A stretch of 63,875 nt of DNA, the filler included, from Ministeria vibrans ATCC 50519 (lineage: Eukaryota > Protista > Filasterea), in the NCBI GenBank assembly GCA_943704425.1. It is 12 parts of 12 records of this genome, joined end to end, with 100 filler letters (N's around TTAATTAATTAA, not from the genome) between each part and the next. Parts side by side here need not be neighbours in the genome. Positions count along the whole stretch, not along the records: positions 6,500 to 17,167 come from CALSCP010001483.1; positions 17,268 to 18,489 come from CALSCP010001564.1; positions 18,590 to 19,687 come from CALSCP010001901.1; positions 19,788 to 21,413 come from CALSCP010000346.1; positions 21,514 to 22,843 come from CALSCP010001293.1; positions 22,944 to 24,943 come from CALSCP010001095.1; positions 25,044 to 45,613 come from CALSCP010000515.1; 5 more parts are not named here. One strand, written 5' to 3'. Shown here piece by piece: positions 11,283 through 28,378 of this stretch; the stretch's first letter is position 1; every line of letters begins with the position of its first letter. The notes under the pieces are model-generated. The model did not search any database. It had not been told where the DNA came from and saw nothing but the letters and a program-made list of their open reading frames with translations. The position numbers and the translations under genes are program-made.

Positions 11283-12211
11283 ATGGAATGGTTTAAGGCG
11301 GCGATTGTGCCACACTCCAGCCCCATCGATTGGTGCGAAACCAACTACGAAGTGACCAGCTGGGTTGCTGAGTTTTGGAACACAACGTCGAATCTCCCAT
11401 TTCTCTTTGGTGGTCTCTACTAGTACGCCACGCGCACGCGATGCCTGCCCCATTCTTACCAACATTATCCGTAGCTTCTTCCACTCGCGCAAACATGGGC
11501 TTCCAATACACTTTCAGTGTCTTTTTCTCGTAATCGCAAAATGGCACGCATGTCAGTCAACTCATCCGCTGTCTCTCTCTCTCACTCTGCAGACTCTCAT
11601 CTTCATCGGCTTTGGCTCGGCCTACTTCCACGCCACACTGACACTGCTGGGTCAGCTCCTCGACGAACTCAGCATTCTGTTTGCCTTTCTCGTTGCCTTC
11701 AGTCAGCGCCTCCCTCTCCCCTTTGTGCTCGTCTCCGCACCCGTCCTCACCGTCACCATCATTGTCAGTCCAATCTTCTCTCCCATTGTCTTGGTCGTCT
11801 TTGGGTCCATCTCGGTCTACGTGATTGTCACCAGTGCTCAGAAGAACACGAACAAAGAGGTGAGCGAGACACACTAAGTGTTGTTGTACGTGTGCACTAA
11901 TGATTGGGAAATGTCTTCTTCTAACTGCTAACGTTTGCTGTTTGTGGTAGGCACGTCGTGCACTTTACACCTGTCTCATCTTGTGGGCACTGGCCATTTC
12001 ATCGTGGGCGAGCGAACGACTCGTCTGTGAGTATGTGCACAGGCTGCAGCTGCACGCTCTGTGGCACGTCTTTGTTCTGATGGCTGCCATCAATGCCATT
12101 TCGCTCGAAGCGTACTACCAGGGTGCCGAGGAGAAGCGTCAGCCGCGTCTTTTTGCGCCTTTTTCTGGCGTGGTTGTTCGCACTGAGTGGGCCGGCTCTA
12201 AAAACGTGTAG
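11283..12211 (+). CDS. ACER: Alkaline ceramidase (CREST family)
   Basis: 'SSPIDWCETNY...AEFWNTTSN', 'GSAYFHATL...LGQLLDELSIL', 'LHALWHVF'. Confidence 0.92.
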
Positions 12212-12442
12212 AATAAGTGTGTGTGTGTGCAGAGCCAGAGGGTTTGTTTGAGTCAGATGAAGAATTGTCCAATTGTCCAATTGTCATGGCCTCACGGGAT
12301 GCTATTGCGTTAAGTGTCTGCGTTAGTCTGGTGCATTGGGTCGGATGAGAGGGAGAAGAGAGGAAAGTGGAAGGTCGAAAAGTCGTATCAGTCAAAAGTC
12401 AAAACAATCAAATCATTTTTGACATTTCAATTTCTCGTGACG

Positions 12443-17029
<4,587 letters not shown>

Positions 17030-17118
17030 GTAAGCATGGCGACGACACAGACAGACAGACAGACAGACACACACACACACACACACTCTCTCTCTCTCTC
17101 TCTATCACTTTGTTTCTT

Positions 17119-17167
<49 letters not shown>

Positions 17168-17267
17168 NNNNNNNNNNNNNNNNNNNNNNNNNNNNNNNNN
17201 NNNNNNNNNNNTTAATTAATTAANNNNNNNNNNNNNNNNNNNNNNNNNNNNNNNNNNNNNNNNNNNN

Positions 17268-18217
17268 ACGCTCCACTTTCACTTGACCATAGCTTGATTG
17301 TCTTGTCCAAAGAAGCACTGAGAATGGTCTTTCCATCGAGTGAGAATCGCACTGACCAAACACTCCTACAAATCCAATTCCATTCCAAATCCAATTCCCA
17401 TTCGCTCTCTTTCTCTTACCTTTCGTGTCCCTCAAATGTCTTTTCGCACTCTTTCCTCTCAATGTTCCACAACTTCACTGTGTTGTCACCTGAACCACTC
17501 AGTGCTTTCTTTTCATCCGGTGAGAATTGCACATCCAACACATGACTACAACAAGGGAGAGAAGATCAACTCACACAAACACTGAGTCACAATCAATCGT
17601 ACAGTTTGTGTCCCACTAATGTGACTTTGCACTCTTCTCTTTCAATGTCCCACACTTTCACTGTGCAGTCATCCGAGCCACTCAGTGCCTTTTTGCCATC
17701 GCGAGAGAACACGCCAGACTCCACACCGCTAAAACAAAAATCACAACAGATTCCACGAGTGAACATTTCTTACTATTTGTGTCCTTTCAGTGTCTTTTTG
17801 CACTCTCCACTCTCAATGTTCCACACTTTAAGTGTTCTGTCCTGCGAAGCACTCAGAACACTCTTTCCATCGCATGAAACATCGACAGTCCAAATCCTAC
17901 TACGAATGACAAACAAACAGTCAAAATGATCCCAACCAGAAAGTGTCCACTCACCTTGTGTGTCCTTTCAGGTTACGCACTAATGTTTGGTCTTTGGTCC
18001 TCCACACTTTCAGCTCTCCACCATAACCTCCACTGATAATTGACGCCCCATCAGGTGTCACTGCCACACCCCTAATGCTCTCGCGGTGTCCTTTGATCGA
18101 CGCCAGAGGACACTCAATCTGATCAGTTCCCGTCTCACTCTCACCAAACAGAATCACTCTGTTTGTGTGTGGATCCGCATACGCAACAGCACACTCGCCG
18201 ATGCGCACGAACGGCAT
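17268..18217 (-). CDS. WD40-repeat protein, 5' part; one repeat per exon
   Basis: Repeats of 'GHxxxVxxVxFSxDGKxxLSxSxDxTVKVW'; internal exons 17899-17774, 17728-17603 and 17545-17420 are each 126 nt. Confidence 0.88.
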
Positions 18218-18646
18218 CCTACACCACCAAAGACAACGCTCAATCCTTGCAAATCGCCCTTTCGACTTCACTCGACGACAAAACAATCAAATCATTCGAC
18301 AAAACCAAAAGAGTGAAACCGTTTTCGTTCCCAAATCCCAAAATCCACAAACAGTCATTCACAACGACGGGAGGGCATGCCACCCCCTCCGTACGCGCCG
18401 ACTGCACCCCCCCTGCCACTGCGTCGCATCGCATCATTTCCCAAAATAAAATATGTTCGACTGATTTTCGTCCCACAAAAAAAAAAACANNNNNNNNNNN
18501 NNNNNNNNNNNNNNNNNNNNNNNNNNNNNNNNNTTAATTAATTAANNNNNNNNNNNNNNNNNNNNNNNNNNNNNNNNNNNNNNNNNNNNAAAAAAAAAAA
18601 AAAAAAAACGTAACGAGCAAAACATTTTTGTGTTTTTGACACACAG

Positions 18647-19565
<919 letters not shown>

Positions 19566-19787
19566 GTACCGACAGAGCCAAGGAGTGTGTGAGTGAAGTG
19601 ACTGGTGATTGAGTGTGTGTGAGTGAAGTAGTGACTGGTGATTGAGTGTGTGTGTTGACTTGTGTGTGTGTGTGTTTTTTTTTTTTTNNNNNNNNNNNNN
19701 NNNNNNNNNNNNNNNNNNNNNNNNNNNNNNNTTAATTAATTAANNNNNNNNNNNNNNNNNNNNNNNNNNNNNNNNNNNNNNNNNNNN

Positions 19788-19812
19788 TATTATTATTATT
19801 ATTATTATTATA

Positions 19813-19878
<66 letters not shown>
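19788..19878. repeat. (ATT)n microsatellite
   Basis: Visible trinucleotide run at the contig edge. Confidence 0.9.
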
Positions 19879-19945
19879 GTGACTGAGGACAATGTACATA
19901 ATATTATGTCACTCTTTGCGAGAGAAAAGTAGACAAAATAGGTAC

Positions 19946-20737
19946 TTTGGTAAGCGAATCTTCGACAGATTCGAGTTTTTCCACAATGGGAATGAGGTGC
20001 TGAACGAGCGAGAACCAGTGGGGGTTAGCAGAGACATCAGCTTCAAGGGTCGCTTTGAAGTTGGCGTCATCGACGAAGAGGCGTCGCAAAAGTGCGGGGA
20101 GTGCGGTAAGACAAACAAAGTGCCAGCATGAGTTGAAGTCGAGAGGTGAATTTGCGAGTGTTTCACGCGCTGAAGCAATCTGCGAGAGAGAGTTACGCTG
20201 CACGTCAAAGAAGGCAATGATGCGCATCAGAAGGGAGGGGCGATCGTGTGCCAGCGTGGATGCCTTGATGAGGCTGACAAAGGCAGGGACGGCGTGGACG
20301 CACTGGGCAAACAACCAAATGAGAGCGTTGCTGGCGTACGTGCGCCCCGAGTGCATGCTGACGGACTGAGAAAGCTCGCATACAAGCTGCGGCATGTTGA
20401 CGCGACCGGCAGCCGCAAGGGCGACCGTCAAGTGCGCGACAGTTTGCCAGACTTGAGCGGACTTGGATGGCGTCGACGACGCGCTCGTTTCGGTCGGGGC
20501 GACCTCGTCATTGGCAAGGGCGCGTTGGATAATCTTCAGCAGGGCATTGGTGACCAAGTGCTGGGGCAGGTCTGTGATGGTGAACCCGGTGATGCGTGTA
20601 AAGCCCGTTTCGGCGAGGAGGGCAAGCAAAAGGTCGACGTCGCGCTGATCGAGGGACTGTGCGGTCACGGGACGACCCATGACGAGGGCCAACGATGGAA
20701 ATACTGGGTTGTACAGTGCATCATCGTTGGGGTTCAT
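19946..20737 (-). CDS. First exon of a probable Mediator subunit MED23-like protein; 3' part missing
   Basis: 'DDALYNPVFPSLALVMGRP' and 'VWQTVAHLTVALAAAGRVNMPQLVCEL...GRTYASNALIWLFAQ' match the spacing of MED23 segments as I recall them (DKDLFEPQTALLRYVLEQP; LWQHLSSQLIFFVLFQFASFPHMVLSL...GRDHLMWVLLQ). Confidence 0.55.
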
Positions 20738-20829
20738 CGAGAAGTGAAAAAGGAAGAAAAAAAAATTAAAATTTTCAACTTGGCAGAATAATTATAATGT
20801 TTAGTTAAAGTTGTATACAGTCAATAAAA

Positions 20830-21287
20830 TTATTGGGATTCTTGACGAGCAAGCTCCTGGTTGGGATTGACGTCGCCGTGGCGTTCAAAGAGCACCTCTA
20901 TTTGCTCAAGGGAGCGACCGCGCGTCTCAGGAAGAAAGAAATACACAAAGAGAAAGCCAGCGACACAGATGAGGGCGTAGAGCCAGAAGGCGCCGGCCGT
21001 CGTGATAGCCTCGGTGAGGGACAAGAACGTCATGGACATGATGAGAGCAAAGATCCAGTTGACCGTGGCAGAGAGGGAGACGCAGAAGGAGCGAATGTGC
21101 AGGGGGAAAATCTCGCTGTTGACAGTCCAGGGAATAGGACCCATTCCCGGAGCAAAGAACGCAATGTACAACATGAGACCCAAGACTGCCATCCACGTCT
21201 GAGGCAGCGGACAATAGTTGAATGCCCACTTGTCGTCGGGACAAGCAAAGGGCTGCAACGGACTCGTGTCGTTGGTACCCGGCAGAC
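20830..21287 (-). CDS. MFS proton/myo-inositol (sugar porter) transporter, last exon; SLC2A13/INT-like
   Basis: 'WAFNYCP', 'FAPGMGPIPWTVNSEIFP...R', 'LPETRGRSLEQIE'. Confidence 0.88.
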
Positions 21288-21321
21288 TAAGTAGAGAGAG
21301 AAGAGAGAGAGAGAGAGCGAG

Positions 21322-21413
<92 letters not shown>

Positions 21414-21513
21414 NNNNNNNNNNNNNNNNNNNNNNNNNNNNNNNNNNNNNNNNNNNNTTAATTAATTAANNNNNNNNNNNNNNNNNNNNNNNNNNNNNNN
21501 NNNNNNNNNNNNN

Positions 21514-21564
<51 letters not shown>

Positions 21565-21894
21565 GGAAGTGAGTGCGTGTGTTAAGAAAAAGAAGGGGGA
21601 GGTAGAGGAGAGAATGAGCGAGGGAAAGGAGAGAGAGAGAGAGAGAGAGAGTGTGTGTGTGTGACTGACTCGCTTGTTTGTGAGTATGTGTTTAGCGACT
21701 CGCACGGACGATCTTCCCGAGTGTACAATGGCGTCACACGAAGAGTATTGTCGCTCGTACTATGCAAACTTCCGTCACTTGTCCGACTGAACACCAAAAT
21801 CATCTTTGTAACGTTAATGTTCTAATGTAACTTCCAATTCGTCGAAAAAAAGTTTGCTTCTTTTGTACAATTACACCCTCTTTGCCTTGCTATA

Positions 21895-22555
<661 letters not shown>

Positions 22556-22749
22556 GTTTGTCAAGAAGATTCAGAAAACAATAATAATTATTTAACTTGA
22601 ACAGACACGACTGAAACAAATATATTGTCGGTCTCTCCGGGACTGACGGCAGACAATACAGTCAAACTGCTTGCTTCCGGGAATGTCGGACGTCGGGATC
22701 GAACGAAAACAAACACACAGGAATCATTCATTGACACTATCTCTCTCAT

Positions 22750-22843
<94 letters not shown>

Positions 22844-22943
22844 NNNNNNNNNNNNNNNNNNNNNNNNNNNNNNNNNNNNNNNNNNNNTTAATTAATTAAN
22901 NNNNNNNNNNNNNNNNNNNNNNNNNNNNNNNNNNNNNNNNNNN

Positions 22944-24834
22944 TAAGGATTCCCCCTGCTAAAAATCCTGACAAAATCCTGTCAGGGTTACCCTTACAGG
23001 ATCAACCCCTGAATCCTGCCGCCAGTCAGCGTCAGGATCAACCAGGTTGATCAGGAGTGATCAGGGTGTGTCAGGGTGTGTCAGGGTGCATCAGGGTGTG
23101 TCAGGGTGAATCGATGTCAAAACAACTTTTTGAGCGAGATTTCAGGGAATCTCAAATTTGATGAGAATTTCCTACAAAATATCATTAATTTTTGAGAATT
23201 TACGGTGTTTTTGTTGTTGAGGCATTCAGAAGTTTGATCAATTCCTTGATCAAACCCAATCGTGTTTCTGAGCAGTAGTTTTCTCAGTTGCTTGACAACA
23301 TGATTCGCGCGGAGGCTTGTATTTTATACTATACAAATAGTTCCTCTCTCGTCGCGGCCGAGTCACCCCACATCTGACTCCTCGCCAAACTCTACGGACA
23401 GCAGAAGGGCGGCATTGGGGTTGCCCGTCTCCTTGCGCGCGCGCTTACCAGCCGATATTGGCAGTGTGTGCGGCTGGATCCACTGGCGCCGCTTCTGTGT
23501 GGACTCCCTGTACTGGGCCTGCGCCTCGCTGAAGCCATGCAGCAGACGCCACTTCTGCACATTGTGCAAGAAAATGATCGCGTCGAAGAGGTTGTTGTCC
23601 ATGTTGCTGCGTGTCTTGGGGTCGAGGCGAGTGGAAACACTGAACGTGCGCTCTGAGGGAGTGCTCGTTGCAACAATGACGCCGTACTTGCGGGCGAAGA
23701 AAAAGAGAGCAGGGTACACGCGAGCCATCTTGGATCAAAAGCCAGCCCACAGAAGCAGGTCTGCTTGGAGTTCGGGATTTGGCTCAGCACTCACCATCGA
23801 CATTACGTTGACTTGCGAGTACGCGCGGAACTCGTTCTTGGCGCTGTTGACTCTCGGAAGCGGCGATACCGTGTGGGGTCGCCGAACAGCGTAGGTGGCC
23901 GGCTGCACTACGCCTGACTTGGCCCGCAAGGCACTGACAAAGTCACGGGGTGGCGGAGCAGTTGCTGGTCCCCCGACACCGTCTGGATACTCTGTATAAA
24001 CGAAGAATACATATAAGTTTGCACACAAGACGACCGACAATTCCATACCGACACTTCCACCAACCTCTTCAACAATCGTTGCCGCAAGCTCCAACTGCTT
24101 CGCGTTGTCGTGCTTAATTCGCTCGTCACGCTTAGACGCTGCTTCTCTGGCCGACTCAAACCTAGCCTGTTCCTCCACTTCCTTCTCGAGCCTCTTCCAC
24201 CACGCCGTCGCAACACGATCGGTCCGGTAGCTGAGCTGGCGTGCTTCTGGGTGCTTGCAAGTCGGCGAGTGCTGAGCGTTTGGCCTGCGGCACCGGGCGG
24301 ACCAAGTAGTCGGTCATGCTTCCGCGTGCAAACGTTCGTCCACGGGCTTGCTCATCAGTCACCTCGGCCCAGCGCATTTTCATAACCACGTAGTCGCCGG
24401 AGTGCTGCTTCGTTGTGAGATGGCCTTTGCAGTCGGTCTTGCACGTCATAGTCAGCTCGCTGTTGCATAGAGCGCACTGGGCGGCGAGGCGCTTGACGTC
24501 GCTACCGTCGACGAGTCGAAACAGATCCCATTCTTCCCCAGCCGTCTTCATCAGTTGCTCCTTCTCCTCCTCGGTGACCTCAATGATCTTACCATCAGGC
24601 GCCGTGTGAGCGGTCTTCATTTTGGAAGCCATGCTGAGCAAAATACTTGAAATTTCCGAATATTTCGAGATCAAAACCGTGAAATCCTGACACCAGATAA
24701 AACCCCTGACACAGGCTTTCAGACCCTGACATCAGGACAAAAACCCTGAAAAATACCTGAATCCTCCCTGAAGATCGCCGATCGAGGAGAAACCCTGACA
24801 AGAATTTTTCGTTCAGGGTCAGGGGGACTCCTTA
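22944..24834 (-). mobile_element. hAT-superfamily DNA transposon, internally deleted (~1.9 kb)
   Basis: Terminal inverted repeats TAAGGATTCCCCCTG / CAGGGGGACTCCTTA (15 bp, 1 mismatch); subterminal TCAGGGT/ACCCTGA repeats at both ends; BED finger and hAT dimerisation motifs inside. Confidence 0.88.
23363..24632 (-). pseudogene. Defective hAT transposase (BED finger + C-terminal dimerisation domain)
   Basis: BED 'WDLF...AQCALC...KGHLTTKQH'; frame change near 24270; in-frame TGA at 23735-23737; hATC 'YPALFFFARKY..VATSTPSERTFS....KTRSNM'. Confidence 0.8.
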
Positions 24835-25043
24835 TAATGATTTTATAATTTCATTTTGCGATTTCCGACTAAATGGTGAAAAATGATCAACTCCTAAGAA
24901 TTCGAGAAGCGCTCGACGCTGGAGTGCCGCTGAAGACTCAGAANNNNNNNNNNNNNNNNNNNNNNNNNNNNNNNNNNNNNNNNNNNNTTAATTAATTAAN
25001 NNNNNNNNNNNNNNNNNNNNNNNNNNNNNNNNNNNNNNNNNNN

Positions 25044-25153
<110 letters not shown>

Positions 25154-25168
25154 TTTTGCTCCTTTTAG

Positions 25169-25405
25169 CAAGCCCATCTTCCACAAGAAGGCAAAGACGA
25201 CCAAGAAGATTACTCTCCGCATGGTATGCGCCAATGCATCATTCAAGATTTTGTGTGACACACTCTAACGCTGATCATCAATTGCCTTTCGTATTCCTAG
25301 GAATGCACCTCGTGCAAGTACAAGATGCAGATCTCGATCAAGCGCGCTAAGCACTTCGAGCTGGGTGGTGACCGCAAGACCAAGGGTGCCGCACTTACAT
25401 ACTAA
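25169..25405 (+). CDS. RPL36A: 60S ribosomal protein eL42 (L36a/L44), last two exons
   Basis: '[52 protein letters not shown]'. Confidence 0.95.
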
Positions 25406-25536
25406 ATGAAATTACCATTTCTTTTTGTGTGTTTTTACAACTAAGTTCTGACAAGCTTTTTATATTAATATCAGTCACTATCAGCCTTCTCGCCGATCTC
25501 TTTACTTTCTCTTCACTCATTTACCTTTCAATCAGC

Positions 25537-27517
25537 ATGGTCTGTCGACTGGGTGTGGTAGCCTTGCTTCTGGTCGGAGTGTGCTGCGGCAGTCGTGCCG
25601 TTGTTGTTCGACAGGCGCAAACACCGCTGCCGCCTCACGCCACGCTCGCCGAGTTCCTTGTGCATTCGCCGCCCACTGATCATGTCCGTGTCACTGGCAT
25701 TGCTCTGGGTCTTGAGCGTCGTGTGTTTCAGCTTGCGGATACACTGCGTTTGCAGACCAAAAGATTCACCATCTCGCTGCCCGAGGCGTCGCCTGGCATC
25801 CCCCTCGTGGTCTCCTTCCAAGTATGCTTCCCAGACACCACCGCTTGCGTCGAGGCGCATCTGGTGCGCTCTGGCACGCCCTTGAAAGGCTTTGTTGTTG
25901 ATCATTTGACCAACTCCTTTCGCGACACCGCCACCGGTCTGCCAGTGTTTCCCTACGGCTCCTACATTTACGGCGTCACCACAACGGGCGAGTTCAACGT
26001 CCCCGCCGACGAGGTAGTGTGAATAGAGAAGAAGCGATGTTTGTTTATCTGTTGCTTCTCCCTCCACCGAACCGCCACTCCAACACAGATCATTTTCGGA
26101 CAAAACTGGATTGGGCCATACACCAGCGACCCGGCTGGTCACGACAATGCAACCTGGACCAAAATCACCGACTTCCTTGTACGCTGTGGCGCTATTGGCG
26201 TGGGTGTTCACTACGCCCTCAACTCGATTGCCCCACTGCCTGACACGCCCGAAAAATGGAAGATCCTAAGTGAAGAAGTGAACCGTGTCAAGTCCTATTC
26301 ATCGATCAAGGCCTACTACCTTGCCGACGAACCCGACGGGCAAGGCATCTCGCCCAAGGTCCTCGCCGACACAGCTGACTACATCCGCCACAACCTCGAT
26401 GCCTCACGCCCCCTCTCGATGGTCTTCAACACGGCGGAGGGCCCCGCCAAGTACGAGTCGACAGCCGACATTCTTATGGTCGACCCTTACCCAAGTAAGT
26501 GAGTCCAAGCGGAGTCCAAGCATCAGATTGAAACATGCCGTTGGCGCTTTTTCTCGCACAGTTCCAAACGAATCCATCACGGCTGTGGCGACAGCACTCG
26601 ATGGCCTGGCGCAGTACAAGAAACCCATTCTGTTTGTCGAACAGTCTTTTGGCGGTGGCGAGTGGTGGGCGCGCAACCCGTCGAGCCAAGAGAACCGTGC
26701 CATGCTGTACCTCGGCTTCATCCACGGCGCAAACGGTACTTACGCAACCTTCCTCTCTTCCCTCACACCATCATCTTTATTTACTTTTTGTGACGACTTA
26801 GGCGTTCAGTACTTCAGCCGCAGTCCGCCCATGGCCTTTCCGTACTCGCCCTCGGCATGGTCGACCATCCGCCAGCTAGCCCTCGAGGCAGCCGACCTCA
26901 CTCCCTTCCTAGCTAGCGCTGACCAGGGCACCTTTAACATTTCGGTCGCCCCTGCTCCCGCAATGCACTTCCGTCTCTTCCGCACTGCCGCTCTTTGTAC
27001 CTTCCTCATCGTCCAGATTAACAACGTTCCCACGCCTATCACTGTCTCCATGCCGGCTTCCCTCCTTGCCCCAAACACAACCATCGATGTTCTCTTTCAG
27101 AACCGTCAAATCTCCTCATTCTCGTCGACCACCCATCATCCAACGACCTCCTCCTTTACTGACTTTCTCATGAACCTGGGGACTGCTGCCTTCCGCTTCC
27201 CCTGTGCCCCTGCCTCGCCTGCATCCCTCTCTTCCTCCTTGCCAATGCGTATCGCCCCCGACCCCTCCAACATGATTTACAACCCATCATACGAACAGGC
27301 CTTCAACATCGGCTCTCCCGACGGAAACTGTACGAGTGTACTTGTCTGTTCACCACCTCGTTTCGTTTTTATAACTATATTAATTTTTATTTTTTTTCTT
27401 TATTATTATTTTTATTATTATTATATTTTTTCGTTGTTATTCTTATTCTTATTATTATTATTCTTATTATTGTTATTGTTATTATTGTTATTATTATTAT
27501 TATTATTATTGTTATTA

Positions 27518-27577
<60 letters not shown>

Positions 27578-28249
27578 TTATTCTTATTCTTATTCTTATT
27601 CTTATTATTATTATTATTCTTATTTTTGTGAGTTCTTGCAGACCTCTCGCCCGCTGCCGACGATGCCTCAACTTTCTTCCAGGACCCTCGTCTTGCCGTT
27701 GATGGACTCTACTCGCTCCGTCTCACCTCCCCGTCCCCCTTCGCCGTACACACCAAATGCATACCCGTCCCCCCAATGCTCCTGCTCAACTCATTTTCAC
27801 TTTGCAGGGCATCACTGTAGCTCCCGCGCCAGTTGTCCTGCACGAAGGCTCCAACTACACCATATCATTTTGGCCAAGTATGGAGTGGCTACAGCGTTCC
27901 TGTAGCTCTTTGCTTTGCTGACACTTCCCTTTTTCTTGCTACTGCAGGGGCAGTGACGCTTACCAGTCAGTGACGTTTGTACCAGGATCTACCTTTATCC
28001 GCACTTACCAGCCTCTTACATTTCACTTTTCTACTCAATGGACTCGGTAAGTCTCTCGACGTTCTGTTATCCGACGTTCTTCCGCCCCTCCCCTTCCCAC
28101 AGTAACTCTCTCGTGTGTTTGCAATGTGCAGATACTCTTTCCTCGCGACGTCTCTCACGAGCGGTCGCAATCGAGGCAACTGGCTTTCCTACTCCATTGT
28201 CACTGCCGGTACTGTCTGGCTTGATCTCCTTCAGCTTGTCAAAGTCTGA
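25537..28249 (+). CDS. Secreted glycoside-hydrolase-like TIM-barrel protein with a CBM-like C-terminus (multi-exon)
   Basis: Signal peptide 'MVCRLGVVALLLVGVCCG'; 'AYYLADEPDG', 'DILMVDPYP', 'PILFVEQSFGGGEWWARNP...YLGFIHGANG/VQYF'; C-terminal 'IYNPSYE...GTVWLDLLQLVKV*'. Confidence 0.65.
27385..27625. repeat. Intronic (ATT/GTT/CTT)n microsatellite
   Basis: Long trinucleotide run; it produces the poly-L and poly-I artefact ORFs. Confidence 0.9.
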
Positions 28250-28378
28250 TTTTCATTTATTCGACTCTCTTTGCGAAGAAGAAGAAGAAATTTATTAACA
28301 ATAATTATTATTAATTTATTATTTTCATTACCTAACCTTTTTTAGTACAATAATACTATTATTATTCATTATTCTATA

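Noticed and set aside
21582-21803. Short minus-strand ORF downstream of UFM1
   Set aside because: Could be a first exon, but it has no recognisable homology and runs into a microsatellite and the contig end.
23735-23737. TGA at an expected Trp as evidence for an alternative genetic code or readthrough
   Set aside because: TGA is a normal stop in many genes here and Trp is TGG; the element is otherwise defective, so a nonsense mutation is simpler.
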